A DNA stretch of 64,000 bases, taken from assembly GCF_000281045.1 (NCBI RefSeq), contig NW_008246084.1:467769-531768 (forward strand), read 5' to 3'. How positions within the stretch are numbered: the first letter of the stretch is position 1; every line of letters begins with the position of its first letter. Position numbers and translations under genes: made by a program. This document shows, in pieces, positions 56,844-64,000 of this stretch. Under the pieces are notes generated by a model. That model was not told where the DNA came from and did no database searches. It was given only the letters and a program-made list of their open reading frames with translations. Source of the stretch: Saprolegnia diclina VS20 (Eukaryota).

Positions 56844-57628
56844 GGCTATACGAAAAGTGTGGCTTCTTATTGCACGTGCTTGACGTCGTGCTCGATGGCG
56901 CGAATATTTGCAGCACTGACGAGCTAGAAACGAGTTGGCCCTGGATTCACTGACGAGGCCAGAGAGTCGGGTGCACAGCTGTACAACCCACAAGTTTTAT
57001 CACGACGTGGTCGCAGTGACACAGACGACTTCGGATAGAAGCCTTTTCTTGCGCTCGATCTTGAAAAAGGGTGGTTAGCCCACGAGGTGGTTTGGCGTGG
57101 CGAGTGAACATTGGTGAAGCATGCTGGGTCGTACCGAGTTGTCGGTAGCGCTCTCGTTCAAGGGTGCATGGCAGATCGTTAAAGCCTGAAGCCCAGCTGG
57201 TAGCGTGCTTGCGACCGACAAGGCGATCGCCTGGTGGTTGTGCTGGAACGCTGGCGGCGCGAGATTGCTCACCGGGATACCACCACACAACCGGGCGTAG
57301 ATCGCAGGTACCGCTTTCTTTCGAGTCACACTCGTCCTTGCGTACCGATCCATTTCCCTATTGATCCCTTCCCACGCTCCTATACTCGGCGCGAGCTCGC
57401 CAAAAGTGAAGGATGTTACAACCCAAGAAGCCACATCTCGACCGAATCGGTCGTAGACGCCACCATGTACTGCGTCTGTTCACTCTTAAACGTGGTGGAA
57501 GGACGACGAGGCGACAGCAGAGCTAGCACTGTCGTGCCACAGTGTTTGCTCTTCGCACCCTGGAATGTCACACCTTAAACTCCGTATCAAAACCAAAAAC
57601 TAAATAGAACGGAAAATGATTAGTTGCC

Positions 57629-58589
57629 TTAATAGTAGGTCGTGACCTTGCGCGATAAGATAGTACAAATAACGTTGGTGCCAGTGACCATGGACTAGGA
57701 AATGCCTGCGTCATCGATGAAAAACTTGGAGGAGGCGACTACCTGCGTCATGTTGAAGTAGCGCGTGAAGCTCTGCAGGATCGCGTTTTCCCGGGCCGTC
57801 TCGCGAGGCGTGTGCGTGAGGATCACAATGCCATGCACGCCGCAGAGCTCGTAGACGGTGACGAGGAGAGGACCCTCGATGGCGTTGAAGAGCACGTCGC
57901 TGCCAAGGATGACGTCGAAGAGACCAAACTCGTGCTTGAGTCCCTTGATCTGCGCCTGGTTGCCCCACTCGAGATGTCGCACCGTAATGGGCCTACGCAT
58001 GACTTGAGCTTGGAACATTGACATACGTTGGCGACCGCGGCAGGTGGAGCTGATTTTGCTTGACATTTTCTTCGATGAGCGACACCGAGTCGAGGTCGCC
58101 GTCCGTTGCAACGACGTGGCCACTCCACATGGCCGCCGCCAGCGCATTGACCCCCGTGCCCGCGCCCAGCTCAAGCACCTATTCATGCTAGCTCTTGACG
58201 CATGCAACTGGCAGGATCGCATGTGTACCTTGCGGTTGTGCAGCATGCCTTGGTACTGCGGCATCGTCATGATCTGCAGCATGGCCTCGGCCGCCTGCCA
58301 CACGGCGCTGCCCGTGCCGTCCATGAGCTCGTACTTTTGCGCAATGACGAACGGGCCAAAGTTGCGCACCTTGAGGCCAAGCAGACCGTTCCTGCACCAT
58401 GGCATGAGCATTCGACCGCAGCAGGCTCAAGACGTACCCCGACTCTGGCGGCGCGTTGCCCGAGGGCGGCGCCTGGTTCTCTTCTTCGTCTTGATGGGAC
58501 CTGCCTTCTGCGCCCTCGGGATTGATGATCTCGTCCGTGAAGGCGAAGCGCACGGCCCGACCGGCGCCCGTGTCCTGACTTGCGCTCAT
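57629..58589 (-). CDS. METTL21/family-16 protein lysine methyltransferase (multi-intron)
   Basis: GTGSAVWQAA, VLELGAGTG, VVATDG, LEWGN and FDVILGSDVLF. The start codon is uncertain (58589 or 58625). Confidence 0.85.
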
Positions 58590-58995
58590 CGCTGCCTTCC
58601 ACGTTTCCGACCGGACAGGCGCCATCCCGTACAGGTATCCGGAAATAATACTAAATAGTGTATGATCAGCTCTCGCTACAGCCCACGCGTACGATTCAAC
58701 GTCCCATATACATCGTTTGCTGTCTTGTACTCTATGTATACGCATTATAGAGAGGGATTGACGCTTGATCGCCGGCAAGGCCATGTCTGTGCCCGTCGAT
58801 GAGTCGTGCCCAAGGCGCCTGGATATCCCACACTATTTTTGTCATTATAAAATAAAAAAGACAGGCAAATCCATACAACATCGCAGGTCATATTTTTGTT
58901 TTGAACATTGGATTCTCGGCATGTGATTGGCCATTTCTCGGTCATCAAGCTGGGTGTTTGTGCTGGCTTGTCCAACGTCGCCGATGTCACACACG

Positions 58996-61900
58996 ATGCG
59001 CCTGCTGCTGCTCACGGTCGCCGTCGTCGCCGCGTCGACTGCGGTGCGCAGCTACATGCCTAAGCGGTGTATTTCATGACTTCTTCTTCTTAGCCGTGGT
59101 CGCCATCGGTGTGCGGCGGAAGCTTGCTCACCGACAGCGCCGAGCCCGGCTGCAGCGTGAACCAGTGCCACTGCATGGCCTACGTGGCCCAGTGCGACGA
59201 CTCGTACCAATGCATGCCTGGCACCACGTCGCTTTGCTTGGGCCGTTGCCGCCTCTCGCGTACGAAATGCGCATCACCTTCTTGTCGATATCATGCTGTC
59301 GATAATGTAGTGCTCGGACAGCTCCTCAACCTTGTGGGCATGTGCCTCATCTTTGGCTGTCCTGTGCTCGTGTTTATTTATCATGTCCAGTCGTTCAAGT
59401 CGGCCAACGAGACGCTCGATACGGACCACCACGTCGCCGACGTCGACGACGCCGACAACCAACTCGTCGACCAGATCCAGCACGAGCACCTCCTCGAGCG
59501 CGTCCTCTTGCACACGACGCACGTCCACGACCTCGGTGGCCACTTCCTCGAGAACGTCCGCAACGCCGGTACCCAGGTGTACAACGCTGGCGGCAGCGCC
59601 GTCTCGGCACTCATCCGCGCGCAAGCCCAGATGGGCCTCTTCACGGTGCCGCCGACTACAACGGCCGCCGAGACGGCCCGCGAGACGTCTCGGGATGCCG
59701 ACTACGTCATGGGCGACGAATCCAGCCCGGCGCGGCGGTCGTCCGTCGGGCTTTCGCCCGGTACGCCGCTCCCGCCGCGCGGCAAAGTCGAAAACTCCAT
59801 CGAGAGCTACATTGATGTGACACAGGTTGTCCTTGTCGTTGCGCTAGCATGTCAACACCGCTCATGCAGTTGGGTAGATGACGCTGCAAGCACGAACGCA
59901 CCGCGCGGTCGTCATCAACGTCCATCCGCAAATCTACCTGGAGACGATGCCCAAGCGTAGCATCCGGATCGAGCGTTGGACATATGTGCTCATCGCGTGA
60001 TGTAGACGTGCTCCGGCTCTTGCTGTGCCTCGCAGGCCTCTTGGTCTTGATCAACATCATCATCGTGCTAGCCCAAGCCCACTTTATTCCCTTTAGCGTC
60101 CAGCTCGCGCGCAACGCGTCGAGCACCCGCGCTCTTTGCTCGGCGCTGGACAAGACGCCGTGTCCGGACGCCACGTGGCAGACGCCCACCATTGGGTCGC
60201 ACGTCATTGATGTCTACCATCCGTCATTGCCCAAGACGCCGGACGTCGTTCGGCTCAGCCTGCAGCTCTCCATGGCGACGGCAACGCGCCTCGGTCCTGG
60301 TGTCCACCGCCTCGGTCGGTACACGCTGAGCGTCACGGCCAACGACGACCTTGTCACCAACTACAGCAACGAGCTCCTCACGACCTGCGACGACAAGCAC
60401 TGCGCCGACATTCCTTTGGTTGGCGTCTTCATGAAGAAGTATGGCGCGTCGCTCTTTGACGCGCGGCAAAAGCGGTACCGCGTCTCGCTGTCGATCGCAG
60501 AGTCGGCGTCACTCGATACCTTTGACGTTTTGCTCGAAGCCATGCTCAACGGCTACGAGACCGCCGGGCTCGCGACGAAGGCGATTCTGGGCTTTGGCAC
60601 GCTCGGGCTGCTTTGGCACTACCTCTACAGCCTTCGGCGGCACCACAACCGCATGCACCCGGCTTCGTCCGCCAAGCTATCGCTCGGCCACTGGTTTGTC
60701 AAGCATTTGAGCTTGGAGCGCAAGCTCTTTGCGCTCATCTTGGTCGCCCTCGGCGTCCAAACCAACCCGATCTCGGTGCTCGCGACGTTACCGTGGCTCG
60801 GCGCTGTTCCGAATGCGTACATCGTCTTTCGCAGCATTTGGGAGACGGTGGTGTACACGTTGGCCCTCGGCGCGCTCCTCACGATCATCGACAGCTACCG
60901 CAAGACCAACCCGCGGTCGTTCCAGAACGGCGCCGCGATCGCCTTCCTTGGCACGCGCTTCATCATCGTCAAGTGCGTGCTTGTGCTGCTCGTGCTCGGC
61001 GCGCGGCTCGCTCTCGTCGTCGCCACATCGTCGCATTTTGGGCCCACGACCAATATCGACCTTGTGATTGCCACCGCCGACACGGGCTTGTGTGTGCTTG
61101 GCGTCGCGCTGCTCGTGAGCGTCTGCTTCAACGTCTCGGCGCACCTCCAGAAGAAGCGGTACTCGGAGACGCGGTACCAGTCGCTCGCGTTCCGCTTCAT
61201 GTCGATGATGGCGTATGCACTCCTCGCGCTCTTGCTCATCAACGTCATCTTTTACAGCGCGTACGCCGTCGTCTCGGCGTACAAACCCACGTTCGTGCGG
61301 CAGACGAGCGTCATGACCGAGTGTACGTTTACGGGTCTCGTGTACATCGCCGTCGTGGCGTTCTACCCGCCGACGCGGTACGCGGCGACGGCGGGCGACG
61401 TTCCGCGAGGCTACGTCATTCGCGAGAAGCGGCAGTTTATCCACACGCCCCAGGAGCTGTCGCCGATGACGCCGACGACGCCGCCGGCGATGACGACACC
61501 GACCACAAGTGCGTCATCGACCAAGAGCGGGCGAGGGCTTCCCCGCGCCGACGCATTCCGGTGCAAACCGCTCTCGACGCCGCACCATATCTTCTGCCTC
61601 GAGACAGCGTGTCGGCTCTTCAACGCATCGCGCCTCGCCTACTACAGGTCGACGCTGAGCTTGCGGGACGAAGCAAGTGTCGACGAGAATGAAAATCCGC
61701 TCGAGTATTTGCATCCGTCGGCCTACTGCAACCAAGAAGCGTTGGCCCGGGACGGCATGCACGAGGTCGCGTACCTGCACGACGCCGGCACGGACACACA
61801 CTGCTTGGTGCTGCAAGGCGACGCCAAGATCGTGTTTGCCTTCCGGGGCACCGCGTCCAAGACGAACGTCAAGACCGACCTCGAGATAGCATTGGACCCG

Positions 61901-62849
61901 CACCCGTGGCCGGGTACATATGGACTCGATGAGTGTGTTGGAACCTGATGTGTTGGCTGTAGTCGACGACGGCGCAAAGCCGGGGTATGTACACCGGGGG
62001 TTTGTCCACGCGTACAACTCGATCCGCGACCGCGTGCATGCGACGCTGCGGTCGCTCTGCAGCGAGTATCGGCTCCAGGGCCTTGCCCCGGAGCACCACG
62101 TCCAAGTATACACCACCGGTACGCCATGGAACGTTGACGATTGTTGATGCTACTCGGATCGAGCAGGCCATTCACTCGGTGGCGCCCTCGCGACGATCGC
62201 GGCCCTCGACTTGCGCACGCACTTCCATGCGCGCGTCATCATGTACAACTACGGCTCGCCGCGCGTCGGCTGCCACCACTTTGCACAATCGTTCAACCGC
62301 GCGGTGCGTTCGGTTAGCGGCTCGTCGATGCTATACTTGCTACCGGTTAGGTGCCTTTGGGGTTCCGCGTCGTGAACGAAGGCGACATCATTTGCGGACT
62401 GCCGCAGAGCCTCCAGCCCGAGTGCTGGAGCCGCCGGAAGAAATTCTACAAGCACGTGGGCACCGAAGTCGTGCTCGACGGCCGCATGAACGGCGACTTT
62501 CTCATTCGCCCGACGTTTGCCGAGAAGAACCTCGTACGCGCGCACTTGGGATCCTATGCATGCTGAGTCGCGATAGATTGTTGACGTGCGGCGCAAGCCC
62601 GCGCGCCATATGCTCAAGAACTACAAGCGCAACTTTGACATGATCATTGCGAGCGTCCTCCGTGACGAGACGAATGGCGATGTGCACTACCAGTCGACCC
62701 TCGAGAAGGCTCTGTACGGCGCCTTTGGCAGCGGCAACGTCGACGACAACGACGACAACGAAATCACGATCGACGGGGGCGACCGTGCCTGGTTTGAAAC
62801 GAGTCCGCGAAGCACCAACACCAGCTTCGCACGCGCGCCCATGGCCTAA
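58996..62849 (+). CDS. Multi-pass membrane protein with TMEM181/Wntless-like domain and C-terminal class-3 lipase (multi-intron)
   Basis: Signal peptide and Cys-rich N-terminus, then a multi-TM region. Lipase_3 motifs: VFAFRGT, VHRGF, T-G/HSLGGALA (split by an intron), YNYGSPRVG, RVVNEGDII and YKHVGTEV. Joining the N-terminal exons (58996-59960) to the rest is inferred from compatible splice sites. Confidence 0.75.
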
Positions 62850-63213
62850 GACCCCTACAACTCGACTAAAGTACTACACAAAGAGTCCGAGTCGGCGAGT
62901 CGCTTTGCTTGCAGATGCAGCTTCGATCGATCGACTCGATATTACGAAACTAGTTTTTAGTTTTTTCGGGGCCATAGAACTGTGCATGTACTAGGCACAT
63001 AACCCACGGAGAAGTATAGTCGATCGAGTCGACGATCCAAGATCTTATTGCATTGGGTGTCGCCTCTGTCGACGGTCGCTCGCAGCCCGCGACGTCCACC
63101 CGAGGAATGCAGATCTTTCTATCCGATAGCCAATCAAAACCAGGCGATTTCCATGCGGCGCGATGATTGGTCAACGCCCAAGGCCATTCGATCGTCACAA
63201 CTGAAAAAGCAAC

Positions 63214-64000
63214 ATGGAGGCGATGCTCGAGACGAAGCTGCATGTGACGGACGACGACGGCGTCTGCGTCGACGAGGCCGAGCCCGAGACGTGGGAGGAC
63301 TGGGAAGAGGACGACGAGGCCATGAAGTGCTTCTTCTGCGACTTTGGTCACAACCAGCTGCAAGCCATCCTGAGCCACGCGGCCACGGCCCACGGCTTTG
63401 ACTTTCGCGCGCACGCGTCGGCGCTGTCGCTCGACTTTTACGGCATGGTCCGCCTCATCAACTTTGCGCGCGTGCACGATGCGGCCAGCGCCAATGCTGC
63501 GCTGCAGGCCCGCGGCGCCGACGCCTTGGCCGGCGAAGAACTGCTCATTCCGGTCATTCCTGAAGACCCGATGCTCTGCCGTGTCATGGACCTCGACAAC
63601 GACGACGACGACAGCGACGACGACAACGACGTTCGAGTCGAGGTCAAGGCGCCGGCCGCGCCGTCGATGGAGGCGCAGAACGCCGCGCTCCAGAGCGAGG
63701 TCGACCGTCTCAAGGAGCAGTTGGCCACGTACAGCACGATCGTGCGCGCGCTTGCAGATGACGACGAGGGCGTCAAGGTCGAGGCGAAGGAGCAGGACAA
63801 CGATACGTACTACTTTGACTCGTACTCGCAAGTCGGCATCCACAAGGAAATGATCACCGACAAGGTATGGACGCCCTTTTGTGTATCGTATGGACGCTAT
63901 ATGGGCAATGTAGGTGCGCACGGACAGCTACCGCGACGCAATCTTGAACAACAAGTCGCTCTTTGCGGGCAAGATCGTCCTCGACGTGGGCTGCGGTACG
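63214..64000 (+). CDS. PRMT3: Protein arginine N-methyltransferase 3-like (partial; runs off the window)
   Basis: N-terminal WEDW, a C2H2 finger (CFFC...H....H), DFYGMVRLINF, YYFDSYS..GIHKEMI.DK/VRTDSYR and VLDVGCGT. Confidence 0.9.
   Translation, partial: MEAMLETKLHVTDDDGVCVDEAEPETWEDWEEDDEAMKCFFCDFGHNQLQAILSHAATAHGFDFRAHASALSLDFYGMVRLINFARVHDAASANAALQARGADALAGEELLIPVIPEDPMLCRVMDLDNDDDDSDDDNDVRVEVKAPAAPSMEAQNAALQSEVDRLKEQLATYSTIVRALADDDEGVKVEAKEQDNDTYYFDSYSQVGIHKEMITDKVWTPFCVSYGRYMGNVGAHGQLPRRNLEQQVALCGQDRPRRGLRY

Noticed and set aside
57075..57434. 119-aa minus-strand ORF
   Set aside because: No ATG start, recognisable motif or host codon bias.

Overview
Gene-dense, GC-rich eukaryotic DNA with very short (~40-60 nt) GT-AG introns, CCAAT boxes and INR+FPR-type core promoters. 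This fits an oomycete, probably Saprolegniales (inferred). About 27 protein genes can be supported. Many are housekeeping: an ANK-RCC1 protein, TBC1D23-like, ALKBH8, TRIT1/MOD5, HAS1, DDX51, a VAMP7-like SNARE, MFSD5, BAG6-like, a TTLL glutamylase, a METTL21-like methyltransferase and PRMT3. The main finding is a divergent, intronless pair of isocyanide (isonitrile) synthase genes: a PvcA/DIT1-PvcB/TauD fusion (11732-13519, -) and a stand-alone PvcA/DIT1 (15155-16288, +). Together they form a compact candidate isonitrile pathway in an oomycete. Other notable items: (1) four tandem mucin-stalk single-pass membrane proteins sharing a C-terminal MD[ST]xRFxxM motif; (2) a solo copia-Gag-like ORF with no pol or LTR inside that array; (3) a CHD1-type SANT/SLIDE+CHCT protein lacking the ATPase; (4) a TMEM181/Wntless-like membrane domain fused to a class-3 lipase; (5) a protein with two bZIP-like basic regions; (6) two FDXACB1-like paralogs, each sandwiched between a duplicated membrane-protein pair; (7) a degenerate tRNA-like element with an encoded CCA. 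All family calls rest on motifs recognised by eye; no database searches were run. Gene spans include introns.
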